In this document: in pieces, positions 11,025 to 23,300 of the stretch
Layout of the letters: each line of letters begins with the position of its first letter
Position numbering within the stretch: position 1 is the stretch's first letter
Source of the DNA: a bacterium
GTDB taxonomy: Bacteria > Electryoneota > JAOADG01
DNA: 64,000 nt
Reading direction: 5' to 3'
NCBI GenBank assembly: GCA_963681965.1
Contig: OY820579.1
Span: 704,001-768,000, forward strand
The notes under the pieces: generated by a model
Told to the model about the DNA's origin: nothing
Databases searched by the model: none
Seen by the model: the letters and a program-made list of their open reading frames with translations, nothing else
Position numbers and translations under genes: made by a program

Positions 11025-11465
11025 TTAGTGAGGTGCTTCATTCAAAAGCAACCAATACATTCCCAGCGACCCCACCGCATCGACAAATTTATCAAAATCG
11101 ACCGGCTTAACGATGTAACTGTTTACTCCGAGTCGGTAACACTTCTCAATATCGGGTGTTTCGCGTGAAGAAGTCAACATAACGACAGGAATATTCGAAA
11201 GTTGCTCGGAACTTTTGATCTGTCTGAGAACCTCAATACCATCGACTTTGGGAAGCTTAATATCCAGTAAAATCAATCGCGGACGACCGGAAATGTCGTT
11301 TTGAGCGAACGCCCCTTCACCCCGAAGAAAATTTAGTGCCTCTTCGCCATCGGTTACAACGAAAAGATTGTTGGCAAGATTTTTTTTCTTCAATGAGCGG
11401 ATCGTCAATTCGATATCATCTCGATTATCCTCAACCAGTAGAATATCGATTGCAGTTTCAATCAT
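11025..11465 (-). CDS. Single-domain response regulator (Rcp1-like)
   Basis: [31 protein letters not shown]; ATG at 11465 overlaps the upstream kinase stop (ATGATTGA). Confidence 0.92.
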   Translation of the reverse strand: MIETAIDILLVEDNRDDIELTIRSLKKKNLANNLFVVTDGEEALNFLRGEGAFAQNDISGRPRLILLDIKLPKVDGIEVLRQIKSSEQLSNIPVVMLTSSRETPDIEKCYRLGVNSYIVKPVDFDKFVDAVGSLGMYWLLLNEAPH

Positions 11466-14400
11466 TTTCCGCCCTCGTTTCGCAATGTAATGTAAAATAG
11501 AATGTTGCACCTTGATTAACGGCAGCTTCTGCCCAAACCCGACCATGGTGTCGATGAACGATCCGTTGAACGATTGCCAACCCAACGCCGGTACCTTCGA
11601 ATTGGTCCATGCTGTGCAATCGTTGAAATACGCCAAACAATTTATCCCGATACTTCATATCGAAGCCGACTCCGTTGTCTTTTATGTAGTACACGATTTC
11701 ACCGTCGATGACGGTCGAACCCACTTCTATCGAAGAGCGCCCTTTAATTGACGAATACTTAATCGCATTCCCCAATAGATTCGTCCAAACCTGTCGGATT
11801 AGGCTTGGGTCGCCCAATGTGTCCGGCATTTCTTTTACTGTAAAATCGATGCGCTGACGCTGCGCTTCCGAAGTCAATTCCAAAAATTCATTTTGAACCA
11901 AAGAGGAAAGCGAAATTGGCCAAGGAATTAACTCCGAGCGTCCTACCCGGGAAAACGACAGTAAGTCGTCGATCAGTTTTCCCATCCGATTGGTGTTATT
12001 ACAAACAATATTCAACAACCGAATTCCCTCGGCATCTAAACCCGGTCCGTACTCATCCAACACTATTTTAGCAAAGCTGTCGATCGCACGTAACGGTGCG
12101 CGCAGGTCGTGCGACACGGAATACGAGAACGCTTCCAGCTCATGGTTAGCGGCTTCAAGTGCCGCGGTACGCTGTTTTACGCGCTCTTCCAATTCGGTGT
12201 TCAATTGTTGAATTTGTTCCGCCGAGGATACCGATTCCGTGACGTCACGCATATTGGCAACCGCTAAGCCGACATTGGGATCGGAATATAAATTTCGAAA
12301 CGTGTGATCCATCCAACGAATGCTGCCATCCCGATGCCGTGCTCGAAAGAGCGAGTGTACGGATTGTACGGTTCCGAGGAAGATTTGTTCTTGAGTGTCC
12401 AGAAAAGTTTTTCTGTCGTCGGGGTGAATGATCTCATCGCGAAACATCGTTAAATATTCTTGAGCGGAGTACCCTAAAACCGATTCGATCGATGGAGTAA
12501 CAAAAATTAATTTACGATCTCGATTATATAACGAAATTGCGTCGCCACTATTTTCAAATAGCGCCCTCGCCCGCAATTCACTGACTCGCAACGCTTGTTC
12601 TGAGTGTTTTCGTTCGGTTATTTCAAGTACCGCTCCGACCAATCCGACGATTTCACCTTGCTCATTTTTAAGTGGAAAATAATTTCCCAACAAGTATGCT
12701 TCTTCGTTTTTCGATCGATTTCGTCCATAGGTTTCCACATTTCCAGCGGAAACGCCTTTCTGAAAAATCGGCTGGAACAGATTTATATAATAGTCGCGCA
12801 TGTGCGGGAACATTTCCAGCAACGACTTACCAATGTGCTGTTCCACGGGTATACCATTAATCTCTGCCAGCCGCGCGTTGATCCGCTGAAAGCGAAAATC
12901 GCGATCCAACACGAACAGACCGACCGGAGAACAAGCGAATATCTGGTCGATTTCCTCAAGTTGACGTTGAATTTGCTTCGCACTCTCCTGCAACGCCAAT
13001 TCGAATTGAACCCGATCGTGAATATCCATCAATGATCCAACAAACCGGACCGGAGTTCCATTTCTATTCCAATAAGCCTGCCCACGACTATTTACCCAGC
13101 GGTACTCACCCGATTTCGTCCGCATTCGGTAGTCAATATCGTACGGTTCATGGTTTTGCAGGTGTTGCGTGATTGCTTGTGCAATTCGATCCTCATCTTC
13201 GGGATGAATAAAATCGCGCCAAGTCTTGGGAAGATTGGGAATATCGCTGTCGGAATAACCCAATATCTCCTTGTATCGCGTGGAATAGTAAGCTTCGTTC
13301 GTTTGAAAGTTGCGATCCCAAATTCCTACCGAAGCACCTTTTACAGCCAACTCAAACCGTTCTTCGCTTGATCGCAAAGCATTTTCGTTCAATTTTCGAT
13401 CGGTTATGTCGCGAATCATGAATACAACGGAGTCGTTTTGCACTTTGAAAACGGAAATCTCCAAAAACTTGCTCGTTTCGCGAAGATACTGTTCGAACCG
13501 AATTCCCTCGCTATCTCTTACAACTTTATCCAATCGATCGCGACAAATCGACAACAAATGCGGTAAAATATCGGACAACTTGTGACCAATAATACGCTGA
13601 TTCTTTTCATTGACGATTAATTCCAGAGGACGATTCGCCGCAACGATTTCCGCATCGTCGTACACGTTCATATGATTCAAAAGCGGTTTTACAATCAGGC
13701 AGGCTGTCATCATGTTGTCGAACAGTAAGCGGAAGCGGCGTTCATTATCAAGTGCCGTCTCCTCGGCGTGCTTACGTTCGGTGATCTCTTTTGCCATAAC
13801 CGCCACTCCGGTCGTTTCGCCGGAATGATTTAGGATTGGACTCATTGTCGTCAAATAATAATGCCGTTCTTCACCGGTCGGTATGCATATTTCAACCGAT
13901 CTTGCCCCGCCAATCATCGCTGTAGTGATATCTCGTTGGGCGCCTTCGGCTTCCACCAAATCGGTAATCACGTCCAACAGATTTTTCCCGATTTCTGCGG
14001 TTCCTTGGAAGATTTCGCGCGCCCAGTTATCAAATGCCCGATTGTAACTCAACAGATTGAAGTCCCGATCAACGGCAAAGATCGGATCGAGGCTGCTTTC
14101 CAGAATACCGTGCATTGTGGAATACTGTTCTTGAAACGCTCGCTCGATTTTCTTTTGTTCCGAAACATCGATCAAAATGCAGTGGGTCCGGAGAAAATTT
14201 CCATTGTCGTCTTTACCGGCTCGTCCGATTAAAGAGACAATAATCGTCGACCCGTCTTTACGGATCATCCCGAACTCTTCTGTAATATTATTCTCTTGCG
14301 CCGATATCCGCTGAAAATAATCGCGCGCACTCAAGCGGGCGGATTCTGCAAAGAAGTCGATGATCGTATGACCGACAACGTCATCGCGATTGTATCGCAT

Positions 14401-16449
14401 CGTATCCAACCACGTCTGATTGACGGTTATAATTTTATTTTCCTGATTTACCGAAAAGTAGCTCAATGGAGCATAAACAAAGAGGCTTCGAAATCGCTCT
14501 TCACTGTCGGCAAGCGCTCGCTCGAACATCGATCGTTCGGCTTTCTGTTTGAGCATATCGAGCGCATTCGACAAGTCGGTGGTAATTTCCTCGAGTAACT
14601 GCTTCTCGCGGCTGGAAAAGAAAAATGGCTGTTCGGAGTATAGCGCCAAAATTGCACATAATTCTGAATCACAAAATACCGGCAATGCGGCAATCGATTC
14701 GTATCCCCGCTTTAAAGCCGCATTCAACCATGGCAACATCCGGGCTTCGTTGCGAATATCGTTGCAGATATCGACTCGTCGTTCCCGCACCGCTGTTCCA
14801 ACCGGACCGTAACCGACCGGTTCCTGATTTGCCGAAATCCTTATCTCCGAGAAATATCCTTCTTCGAAACCTTCGATCGCAACCGGAACAATTTCTTTCG
14901 TCTCGGGATCGACTTCGCCGATCCACGCCATCCTCAAACCACCCTGTTCTACCGCAATTCGACAGACCTCTTTCAATAACGTGTCGCGACTGAAGCTGTT
15001 CACAATTACTTTGTCTATTCCACTCAGGAAACTAAACAGGCGATTCACACGCAATAACTGAAGTTCGGATTGTTTTCGCTCGGAAATATCGCGTACGATC
15101 GATTGGTAAAACATTTTTCCACCGAGTTCGATCGTATTAGTGCCCACTTCAACGTAGATTTCCAGCCCATCGCTGCGTCGATGAATCGCTTCATGTAGTT
15201 GTTGATTGTGTGAGCGCGCCTCCTGCATCACCGTTTCGAAACTGGTAGGAGAATTTTCCGAACGCAATCGCCACGCTTCCAAACCTACCAGTTCATTCTT
15301 CGAATAGCCATACAAGACTTCGGCACGTTTGTTAACCCGCGAGATGATATAATCGGAATCGAAAATCAGAATTGCATCGTTTGCATTCTGAAAGAGTATC
15401 TCTACCTGTTGCAACAACTCTTGTTTGCGCTCCTCGGCACTCAGCGCTTCGCGAATAAATCGCGCTTCGCGACGATACCACCACAACCCCGTAACACCGC
15501 CAATCGCAACAATCGCAAGTAAAATGACCAACAACACATATCCGCCAAAAACACGCGATGGCGTCGCTATTTCTTCTACATCCACTTTGGTGAGGAGATA
15601 CCACGGGGAATCGGGAATGCGGTGTAAGGTCGCATATACTTCAACACCGCGGTAATCGGTTGTCGAAAAGAAGTTGCGTTTGTCCAGCACGCTTTTTGTA
15701 ATCGCACTTTGCCAGGAAGATCGCATTGAATGAAAGCGAGGTGATGTGTTCGTTTGAAACCGGAAATCATTTAGAAATTCTACGCTATCGCCATTGATAC
15801 GTAACAGTAAGCATTCGGTGGTCCGACTCGGCATCGGAAATTGTTGGATCAACGGGTAGAGGTCGCGATGTGGGTCGATTTGTAACAGCAGGGTTGCAAC
15901 CACCTTTTTCGAATCGTTGTCAAAATATGGAGCAACCACATCGATACAGGTTTTTCCATTTTTTAATAAATGAAAGTCATGAAGCTTTACGATATTCTCG
16001 GGAATTGTCTGAACGACTTTTGCGGTTACAACGTCATCGGGAAATTTAACACAATTCGTGTCGGGATCTACGAATAATACATTATTGTTGGGGTCGACCA
16101 ACCAAACACGCTGGTAATTTCGATTAGTAACGAATATTTTATTGCTTTCGTGGAGCGTCTTTCTTGCTTGGGTGTCTTGACGGTTATTGGAAATCTTTTT
16201 TATTGCTTCAATCACCCCGGGGTGACTGATTGCGGCGAGACCGTCCTGAATCCGCTCGCTACGCCAATTCAGGATTTGATCGATTTTTATCTTAGTGACC
16301 GCGATCATGCCGTCTTGTTCTTGACGGCGAAAAAAAGCGGAACGTTCATGATTGAAATAAAATCCGCCCACGATTAGCAAAGCAGATAACACGACAAAGA
16401 TGATCATCGGAAGAACGGATAGATGTAATCTTCTTACTTCTTTCCCCAC
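11458..16449 (-). CDS. Large membrane sensor histidine kinase (periplasmic sensor, GAF, multiple PAS)
   Basis: Two TM helices, GAF, PAS repeats, [27 protein letters not shown]. Confidence 0.93.
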   Translation of the reverse strand: MGKEVRRLHLSVLPMIIFVVLSALLIVGGFYFNHERSAFFRRQEQDGMIAVTKIKIDQILNWRSERIQDGLAAISHPGVIEAIKKISNNRQDTQARKTLHESNKIFVTNRNYQRVWLVDPNNNVLFVDPDTNCVKFPDDVVTAKVVQTIPENIVKLHDFHLLKNGKTCIDVVAPYFDNDSKKVVATLLLQIDPHRDLYPLIQQFPMPSRTTECLLLRINGDSVEFLNDFRFQTNTSPRFHSMRSSWQSAITKSVLDKRNFFSTTDYRGVEVYATLHRIPDSPWYLLTKVDVEEIATPSRVFGGYVLLVILLAIVAIGGVTGLWWYRREARFIREALSAEERKQELLQQVEILFQNANDAILIFDSDYIISRVNKRAEVLYGYSKNELVGLEAWRLRSENSPTSFETVMQEARSHNQQLHEAIHRRSDGLEIYVEVGTNTIELGGKMFYQSIVRDISERKQSELQLLRVNRLFSFLSGIDKVIVNSFSRDTLLKEVCRIAVEQGGLRMAWIGEVDPETKEIVPVAIEGFEEGYFSEIRISANQEPVGYGPVGTAVRERRVDICNDIRNEARMLPWLNAALKRGYESIAALPVFCDSELCAILALYSEQPFFFSSREKQLLEEITTDLSNALDMLKQKAERSMFERALADSEERFRSLFVYAPLSYFSVNQENKIITVNQTWLDTMRYNRDDVVGHTIIDFFAESARLSARDYFQRISAQENNITEEFGMIRKDGSTIIVSLIGRAGKDDNGNFLRTHCILIDVSEQKKIERAFQEQYSTMHGILESSLDPIFAVDRDFNLLSYNRAFDNWAREIFQGTAEIGKNLLDVITDLVEAEGAQRDITTAMIGGARSVEICIPTGEERHYYLTTMSPILNHSGETTGVAVMAKEITERKHAEETALDNERRFRLLFDNMMTACLIVKPLLNHMNVYDDAEIVAANRPLELIVNEKNQRIIGHKLSDILPHLLSICRDRLDKVVRDSEGIRFEQYLRETSKFLEISVFKVQNDSVVFMIRDITDRKLNENALRSSEERFELAVKGASVGIWDRNFQTNEAYYSTRYKEILGYSDSDIPNLPKTWRDFIHPEDEDRIAQAITQHLQNHEPYDIDYRMRTKSGEYRWVNSRGQAYWNRNGTPVRFVGSLMDIHDRVQFELALQESAKQIQRQLEEIDQIFACSPVGLFVLDRDFRFQRINARLAEINGIPVEQHIGKSLLEMFPHMRDYYINLFQPIFQKGVSAGNVETYGRNRSKNEEAYLLGNYFPLKNEQGEIVGLVGAVLEITERKHSEQALRVSELRARALFENSGDAISLYNRDRKLIFVTPSIESVLGYSAQEYLTMFRDEIIHPDDRKTFLDTQEQIFLGTVQSVHSLFRARHRDGSIRWMDHTFRNLYSDPNVGLAVANMRDVTESVSSAEQIQQLNTELEERVKQRTAALEAANHELEAFSYSVSHDLRAPLRAIDSFAKIVLDEYGPGLDAEGIRLLNIVCNNTNRMGKLIDDLLSFSRVGRSELIPWPISLSSLVQNEFLELTSEAQRQRIDFTVKEMPDTLGDPSLIRQVWTNLLGNAIKYSSIKGRSSIEVGSTVIDGEIVYYIKDNGVGFDMKYRDKLFGVFQRLHSMDQFEGTGVGLAIVQRIVHRHHGRVWAEAAVNQGATFYFTLHCETRAEND

Positions 16450-16936
16450 AACGACCTCATTGCAATCGCTCGTTCGTAAAGTTGAATGAAACGAATAATA
16501 GGTGTCAGTTCAATCGATTTCGAAATCAGCTACTATTATAACCGTACTAATTTTTTTTTACGCTTGCAAGCGATTTTTGATCGATAACATTAATATTTGG
16601 AATTACTTGTGTAATCTCGCCAGTAGTTTTCTTCACTCCGTTTTCACGTTTCAGCACACCGCTGCGATGTAACTACAAATTCTTTTTGTAAGTTTCGGAT
16701 TTTTCGTATCTCTCGAAACCCTCTGATCTTATTCTTTTTTCCAAATCAAAAGCAACGCCTCTAAAAGGCGTCAAACAATAATGTTTTCACTCCGATGATC
16801 GAATTTCCCGGTACTCGATCACACAAAAATTCCGGTAGAGTTCGTTTTCGGTTGGAAGCGGTTCATTCTTCAAGTAACTTTTCTCAGATTTTTTCCCTAT
16901 TCGAGCAAAATCCTTCCACTAATCATTGAGGTATCA

Positions 16937-19666
16937 ATGAAACAACTTATTATTGTTATTATACTTATCGTAATTCTCGCCACAAATCTTTGGGCATCCG
17001 TAACCGGAACCGTAAACAATGCGACGACACAATTGGCTGTTGCAGGGGCAAAAGTGAAATTCGGAACCGTCGATTCTACAACAACAGACTCGCTCGGTCA
17101 GTTTTCACTTCCCAATATTGCTGCTGGACGATATGTGGTCCGTATTCAAAAATATGGCTATCAAGTCTGGCGCGACACGGTTACGCTCGTCACCGGCACA
17201 AATGCGTACAACGCACAACTGACAGTATTAACAGTCGATCCCGCTCCGGTAGGGCTGTGGACTTTCGACAATACCGCCAATCACGTTGCTGCCACAACCG
17301 GCAACGATTTAATACTTAGTGGAACCGATTCGCTGATTTCCGGACCAACTACTGGCGATGGCGCGATAAACATCGGTGTTGGCAGCTATTTTCGGTGCAA
17401 TCACGACATTCCCGCCAACGGCGGTGGTACCGAAGTAAATGTCTACACCGTGGTAATTGATTTTCGCGTCCCGTCGATCGGTCAATGGTACTGTTTCTGG
17501 CAAACCAACCCCACCAACACGAATGATGGCGACTGTTTCGTCAATCCGAACGGTACGATCGGCGTCGCCGCTACCACCTACTCGCAATATGCGATCCAAG
17601 CGAACGAGTGGTACCGGTTGGTCGTTTCCATTTCAATGGGAACCCACTACACCTACTATCTCGACGGTCAATTGCTGAATGAGGCGACGAACCAGACGAC
17701 AGACGGGCGCTTTAGTCTGTATCCTTCCAGTGCCAACAACCAGATTCTGTTTTTCGCCGATGAAGATGGCGAAGACAATATGATTTCGGTGGCAAAAGTG
17801 GCACTCTACGACCGCGACCTAACAGCCGCTCAGGTTGGTGCACTCGGCGGGTTTGGTCATAACCTGTCGAGCCAGCCGAATGCGATGAAACCGTACCTGC
17901 AGTCTCCGACGACGAATTCGATCTGGGTAAGTTGGCATGCTGCACCCTCGCTATTGTCGACGGTACAATACGGCACTTCGGCTAGCACCCTGACCCAATC
18001 AGCCACCGGGACAGCACAGACACTCGGCACCAACGTGATCTGGCATAGTGTTCAATTAACCAACCTACAATCCAATACCGAATACTTCTATCGTTGTGTC
18101 ACCGATACAATGCAATCGCTGGTCTATAGCTTCCGTACTCCACCGGCAAATAACGATCATTCGCGACCGCTTCGGTTTGTTATGTTCGGCGACTCGCAGT
18201 CCGATGTCACTCGCTCCACCGCAACGGCGATGGCAATCCGGCAGAAAACCTTGGAGTTGTATGGTGATTCGCTACACAACACTGTGAATTGTCTTCTTCA
18301 TGCCGGCGATATTGGGGGCAACGGTGCTGCTTTGGCGGGGTATGTCACTGAATATTTCAATCCGTTCCAAACGATTAGCCGGGAAATTCCGATGATGATT
18401 TCGGTTGGAAATCACGAAGGGGAGTCCAATTTTTTCTACAACTACATGAAGTATGAAGCGTTCGGCGGTTCGGAAGGGGAGCGCTATTATTCATTCCGGA
18501 TCGGCGATACCCGGATCATTATGTTAAATGGTAATGTTGCAGGGACAACACAATTAACCTGGCTTACATCGGAACTTCAAGCCGCACAAGCCGACACTTC
18601 GATCGATTGGATTATTACGGTTTCACACCAACCGGGGCATAGCGAAATATGGCCTGACGGTAACTGGTCGTGGATGCAGACTAGTGTCTTACCGATGCTC
18701 GATACCTGTTCGAAAGCAACACTCGTGGTTGATGGTCATTCCCATTGTTACGAGCACGGCGTACGCACCAACGGCAATGAACACTTTATGATCGTCGGTG
18801 GTGGTGGCGGTGCACTGGATCGCTGGCGGATGTACCCAAATCAGACCGATTATCCCGATGTGTTCCGGTCACTCGACGAATATTGTTATCTCATTGTCGA
18901 AATCGATCCCTCAGCACAGACGTTTACTTGTACGACCTACGGTCTCGGCAACACCGACCGACCGCGCAACAATCAAGTAATCGATCGCTGGAGTCGCAGT
19001 CTGCGCGCAATTGCACCTTATCAGCCGGCAAACTTAACATCGGGTGCGGTTTATCCGAATGATACGCTCTGGGTAAGTACTTGCCCGCCGAACGATTCAC
19101 TGCTCAGTACTCAGGTACAAATTACCAGTACACTCGGAAACTACACCAGTCCGCTACTGGATACATTGCGAAATTTCGAGAATTTTTACCTAGACAGTGG
19201 TACCCCGAACTATACTCCGATCGACCGAAATGCCGGAATCATGCTTAAAGCATTTCCACTGCCAGCGAGTCGGTTGCGGGATAGTACGACATATGGTTGG
19301 AGATTCCGGTATCGCACAAAGAATCTGAATTGGTCGAGTTGGTCTCAGGAAGCAGCGTTTACCTATCGCCGAACCGATGTTGCGGAAACAGCGACAACAC
19401 CGTTTACTTATTCGTTGTTACCGAATTATCCAAACCCATTCAATCCGAAGACGACGCTGCGATTCTCGTTGGCTGCGCCGGGACGAGCACGAATAACGGT
19501 ATTCGATGCAACCGGACGATTGGTGGCGACGGTGACAGATCAACACTATCCGGCGGGACAATACGAGATTCCATTTGATGGTACTCGCTTGCCTTCAGGC
19601 ACGTACTTTTGTCGATTTGAAACGAACCGCGCCTCGATCACTCATTCTATTGTGTTAATGAAGTAG
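16937..19666 (+). CDS. Secreted metallophosphoesterase with LamG-like and FN3 domains and C-terminal sorting-like domain
   Basis: Signal peptide; FGDSQ, HAGD, VGNHE, GHSH motifs; NYPNPFN tail. Confidence 0.85.
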   Translation: MKQLIIVIILIVILATNLWASVTGTVNNATTQLAVAGAKVKFGTVDSTTTDSLGQFSLPNIAAGRYVVRIQKYGYQVWRDTVTLVTGTNAYNAQLTVLTVDPAPVGLWTFDNTANHVAATTGNDLILSGTDSLISGPTTGDGAINIGVGSYFRCNHDIPANGGGTEVNVYTVVIDFRVPSIGQWYCFWQTNPTNTNDGDCFVNPNGTIGVAATTYSQYAIQANEWYRLVVSISMGTHYTYYLDGQLLNEATNQTTDGRFSLYPSSANNQILFFADEDGEDNMISVAKVALYDRDLTAAQVGALGGFGHNLSSQPNAMKPYLQSPTTNSIWVSWHAAPSLLSTVQYGTSASTLTQSATGTAQTLGTNVIWHSVQLTNLQSNTEYFYRCVTDTMQSLVYSFRTPPANNDHSRPLRFVMFGDSQSDVTRSTATAMAIRQKTLELYGDSLHNTVNCLLHAGDIGGNGAALAGYVTEYFNPFQTISREIPMMISVGNHEGESNFFYNYMKYEAFGGSEGERYYSFRIGDTRIIMLNGNVAGTTQLTWLTSELQAAQADTSIDWIITVSHQPGHSEIWPDGNWSWMQTSVLPMLDTCSKATLVVDGHSHCYEHGVRTNGNEHFMIVGGGGGALDRWRMYPNQTDYPDVFRSLDEYCYLIVEIDPSAQTFTCTTYGLGNTDRPRNNQVIDRWSRSLRAIAPYQPANLTSGAVYPNDTLWVSTCPPNDSLLSTQVQITSTLGNYTSPLLDTLRNFENFYLDSGTPNYTPIDRNAGIMLKAFPLPASRLRDSTTYGWRFRYRTKNLNWSSWSQEAAFTYRRTDVAETATTPFTYSLLPNYPNPFNPKTTLRFSLAAPGRARITVFDATGRLVATVTDQHYPAGQYEIPFDGTRLPSGTYFCRFETNRASITHSIVLMK

Positions 19667-19711
19667 CCTGTTCAAAGTCACTGTTATTCGCTTGCGAAAA
19701 TTATTTATACA

Positions 19712-19743
19712 GAAGGGGCGTAAAAAATTACGCCCCTTTTTTT
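19712..19743. terminator. Intrinsic terminator between convergent genes
   Basis: AAGGGGCGTAA-AAAA-TTACGCCCCTT hairpin followed by a T run. Confidence 0.75.
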
Positions 19744-19784
19744 AGTGGAACACTTACCCATCAAATCGTATAATAGCCGCTTTC

Positions 19785-21206
19785 TTACATAATCACCGGT
19801 TCTGTTGGTGAATCGTCTTTTAAGCGATGAAGTTTTTTCTTCACAAAAAAGTATACACCCATACGATGTGCCCAAGAATAGGAGAGTAAATCCAACCAAC
19901 GGTGATTCTTGTAATAGAGTTTCGCAATCGCTTTCATCTGGAGGCGTTCGAGTTCTTCGTAGGGTAACCCTTCGATCTTGAGTGCTCTACCCCCGTATTT
20001 ATCGTATTCTTCCCAGCGCTCGCTCAATAAAGAATATCCCATTTTATTGTTTTTCGCCAAATTGTAGATTTCTGTTCCGGGAAAAGGCACCATCAAACCA
20101 ATAGCGATGTTGTCTGTGTTTAATTCTGCAGCCAACTCGACAGTTTTATTCGCCGTCGCTCTGGTCTCTCCCGGGTGTCCTAGGATATAGTAAGTGTTTA
20201 AGCTTATGCCGGCATTTTTTACGATTGCTACCGCCCGTTTAATTTGCTGGATGTTCACTTTCTTTCTGACTGTAACGAGAATTTCATCGTCCCCGGCTTC
20301 GACGCCCATTGCCAGACAGATACAACCCGAACGTCGAGCAAGATCGATCAAGTCTGCATTGACAATATTCGCCCGCGTAAGTCCAGTCCAGCGAATCTTT
20401 TTCGACAAACCGCTGTCGATAAAATATTGAAGCAGTTTTCGCGTTACCGGACGATCCATCAGAAATATTTCATCGAGAAAATCGAAAGTATGCGCACCAA
20501 ATTTCCGGATCGCCATTTCAATTTCGGCAATAATATTTTCCGTACTTCGTTGACGAACCTTTCGTCCTAACAGTTGCATACAAAATAGGCAATCGTAGGG
20601 GCATCCTCGCGACGTAAAGATCGCATACACATCATTTTTTCGACTTAGTGCGCGGGTGTTATCACCATAATAATCGCTAAAATCGGGGAACGGGAGCGCA
20701 TCGAGTTCGGCATTTGTCAAAAATGGACGGGCATCATTTATTCTGATCGAATCGCCGTTACGGTAGATAATGCCGGGAATATGTTCTTGCTCATACAGGT
20801 TTGGCTGTTCGAGATACTTCACCAACTCCACAATGGTTTTTTCTCCCTCGCCAATCACACCATAATCGAAAACCGGGTAATCCGACAGCGTTCGTTCCGG
20901 AAGCGCTGTTAAATGACATCCGCCGATAACAGTAGTGCAGGCGTGTTTGCTGCGAATTTGCGAGGCAACGAACGAAGCTTGAGTGATTTCTTGTGTCATT
21001 GCCGTAAAGCCGATTGCGTCCGGCGAATATGCCACAATTTCTTGAACCAGGCGATCGACAGACCAGTTGTTAAAAAAGCCATCGAAGATTTTTGCTTCGT
21101 AACCGTTTTGTTTAAGGACACCAGCCAAATAAGCGAGTCCAACGATTGGTCGTTGATGCCAATTTGCATACGTGGAAGGTAGTTTGACGAGTGCAACCTT
21201 AAACAT
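19785..21206 (-). CDS. Cobalamin-binding radical SAM protein (class B methyltransferase-like)
   Basis: N-terminal B12-binding domain (GLAYLAG, IGGCHLT, GEGE) and SRGCPYDCLFC CxxxCxxC motif. Confidence 0.9.
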   Translation of the reverse strand: MFKVALVKLPSTYANWHQRPIVGLAYLAGVLKQNGYEAKIFDGFFNNWSVDRLVQEIVAYSPDAIGFTAMTQEITQASFVASQIRSKHACTTVIGGCHLTALPERTLSDYPVFDYGVIGEGEKTIVELVKYLEQPNLYEQEHIPGIIYRNGDSIRINDARPFLTNAELDALPFPDFSDYYGDNTRALSRKNDVYAIFTSRGCPYDCLFCMQLLGRKVRQRSTENIIAEIEMAIRKFGAHTFDFLDEIFLMDRPVTRKLLQYFIDSGLSKKIRWTGLTRANIVNADLIDLARRSGCICLAMGVEAGDDEILVTVRKKVNIQQIKRAVAIVKNAGISLNTYYILGHPGETRATANKTVELAAELNTDNIAIGLMVPFPGTEIYNLAKNNKMGYSLLSERWEEYDKYGGRALKIEGLPYEELERLQMKAIAKLYYKNHRWLDLLSYSWAHRMGVYFFVKKKLHRLKDDSPTEPVIM

Positions 21207-21525
21207 TCCTGTCTCCCAATCAAATGCATCTGATCTACCGAATTATCGACATGTTCGTCGAAATGCAATCGGTGTGTAGTGATAATGTAATACCTATCCA
21301 CAGACAAACAATTCAACTTTTCCAGTGATACAAATATTCGACCAACTCTTATAAATTCAAACTCATCTAAAAATTCGCAATAATGGACAAATATGCTTGA
21401 ACATATGTCCAAAAATAATACAACTATTTGTGATTACAAATAATTATTGTTAACTTTAAGTTCCGATATTTGCTTTGTGTGACGATGTCCAATCTTATGG
21501 CAATGGCTCTTTATTGAGGTGTAGT

Positions 21526-22938
21526 ATGCGAATTTCATTTCGATTTTTCCTCATTACCCTGCTCGGTCTGGCAACAATCGCGTTTGCCGACCCGTGGGAA
21601 TTTAGACTCGACGGAGTCGAAAGTGCTGCCCGCAATATCAATTTTACCAGTGATGGTGGCTATATCATTGCCGGAACCGGTGCGATGTTTAAACTATCAC
21701 CGACCGGATCGTTACTTTGGTCAAGCCCGATCTCCGGCGCCGAAGCCAAACAGACGTGGGACGGCGGATATGTGCTGGTTGGCAATAACAGTTTCATGTC
21801 GGCAATGATTGCCCGGACCGATTCGACCGGCGACACGCTCTGGACCCGGTTGTATGGTCGTTCCCGCACTCGCGCCGATTTTTACAATGTCTTTCCAGCT
21901 CCCGATAGTTGTATTTTGGCGACCGGCTATCACAACGGATCCGCGTATTCACCCTCCGGTGGCAATGGCTGCCTGGTAAAATTCGATCAAAACGGCGACA
22001 CGCTGTGGAACCGCAGTTACGCTTACGGTCAGGAAACCCGTTTTTTTGCTGCTGTGAAAGTGAGCGACGGCTTTCTTATGGCTGGTCGAACGAAAGCGGT
22101 CGGCACTGAAAGCGATTTTAATTTTGTTGCAGTTCGCACAAACGATAATGGCGACACGATCTGGACCGGTATCTACGGTCGCACCGGCAATCAAATCTGT
22201 AACGGTGTTACCGTTTGTTCCGATGGTGGTTTTTTACTTACCGGTAGCACTGATATCACTACTGGCGGTGGAACCACCAAAGATCTCTATTTAGTTAAAA
22301 TAAGTTCTACCGGTGCGTTTCAGTGGGAACAACATTACGGATCCGAAATGTTGGATGAAGTCGGCGAAGCCGTTGCTGCAGATCCGAATGGTGGTTATAT
22401 CGTTACCGGATATGCCGAATTGTCGGGTGTTGCGCCGATGGTTGTGTCACTAATGAAAGTTGATTCGGCGGGCGCTGCTGTTTGGACTTCTGGCTTCGGA
22501 ACAAACTTGTACAATGCCGGTCTCGCGGTGCGGACGCTTAGCGATGGTTCGATTTTGTGCGCTGGATTGCGCGAAGCAAATTTCGTTTTCTACGGCGATG
22601 GCGAGGCGTGGGTGGCTTGTACCAATTCCGACGGTTCGCTTTCGACGCTAGATCCTGCTCACCGCGCATTACCAGTATCTGTCGCGCTGCAACCAGCTTA
22701 TCCGAATCCATTTAATTCGACAACGGTAGTCCGCTATTCACTGCCGCGACAGACGCATGCGCGGATCGAATTATTCAATCTTTATGGTCAACGGGTAGCG
22801 ACATTGCTCGATCGCGATCACGCTGCCGGAAACTATTCGTTATCACTCGACGGCGAGGGATTGGCGGCGGGTACTTATTTTGTGAGGCTTCATACGCCTA
22901 ACCAGAGCGCGACTCAAAAGGTGGTTTTGCTCAAGTAA
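21526..22938 (+). CDS. Secreted beta-propeller-like repeat protein with C-terminal sorting-like domain
   Basis: ATG at 21526 after GAGGT RBS; signal peptide; DGGY and GDTLW repeats; AYPNPFN...KVVLLK. Confidence 0.85.
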   Translation: MRISFRFFLITLLGLATIAFADPWEFRLDGVESAARNINFTSDGGYIIAGTGAMFKLSPTGSLLWSSPISGAEAKQTWDGGYVLVGNNSFMSAMIARTDSTGDTLWTRLYGRSRTRADFYNVFPAPDSCILATGYHNGSAYSPSGGNGCLVKFDQNGDTLWNRSYAYGQETRFFAAVKVSDGFLMAGRTKAVGTESDFNFVAVRTNDNGDTIWTGIYGRTGNQICNGVTVCSDGGFLLTGSTDITTGGGTTKDLYLVKISSTGAFQWEQHYGSEMLDEVGEAVAADPNGGYIVTGYAELSGVAPMVVSLMKVDSAGAAVWTSGFGTNLYNAGLAVRTLSDGSILCAGLREANFVFYGDGEAWVACTNSDGSLSTLDPAHRALPVSVALQPAYPNPFNSTTVVRYSLPRQTHARIELFNLYGQRVATLLDRDHAAGNYSLSLDGEGLAAGTYFVRLHTPNQSATQKVVLLK

Positions 22939-22995
22939 CGAGAGAATTCGGTTAACGCCGTGTATAGTGTCTCTTTAAATTAGTTGTTATCGTTA

Positions 22996-23160
22996 GTATG
23001 GGTGGACCCTCGTGTCCGCCCATTTTGTATCTAGACCCGCTTTGCGAATACATCGTTCGGCTGGTGGCGCAGGCCTCCGAGCCTGCGATTTTTTTGTAGT
23101 ACTGCCGATCTCCGAATCGGCGATTCGCTTCGTTCCCGTAGGTCAGAACTTGTTCTGACC
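22996..23160. repeat. Intergenic cluster of four different REP-like palindromes
   Basis: GTATGGGTGGACCCTCGTGTCCGCCC (22996), GGTGGCGCAGGCCTCCGAGCCTGCG (23063), GTAGTACTGCCGATCTCCGAATCGGC (23096), GTAGGTCAGAACTTGTTCTGACC (23138). Confidence 0.75.
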
Positions 23161-23300
23161 ACCTCCTGTGTCTCAAATAGAAAACAATTAACGCAGTCTT
23201 AATCCTGCGGCTACAAATTCTCCTTTCACTCATCAATTTGTTTGTAAATACTCTCCATCCACATTATTATTGATATACCACCTGTCCGACCGGAGGCGCC

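Noticed and set aside
11466-11636. N-terminal extension of the response regulator in the ORF track
   Set aside because: Overlaps the kinase HATPase domain; the coupled ATG at 11465 is the better start.
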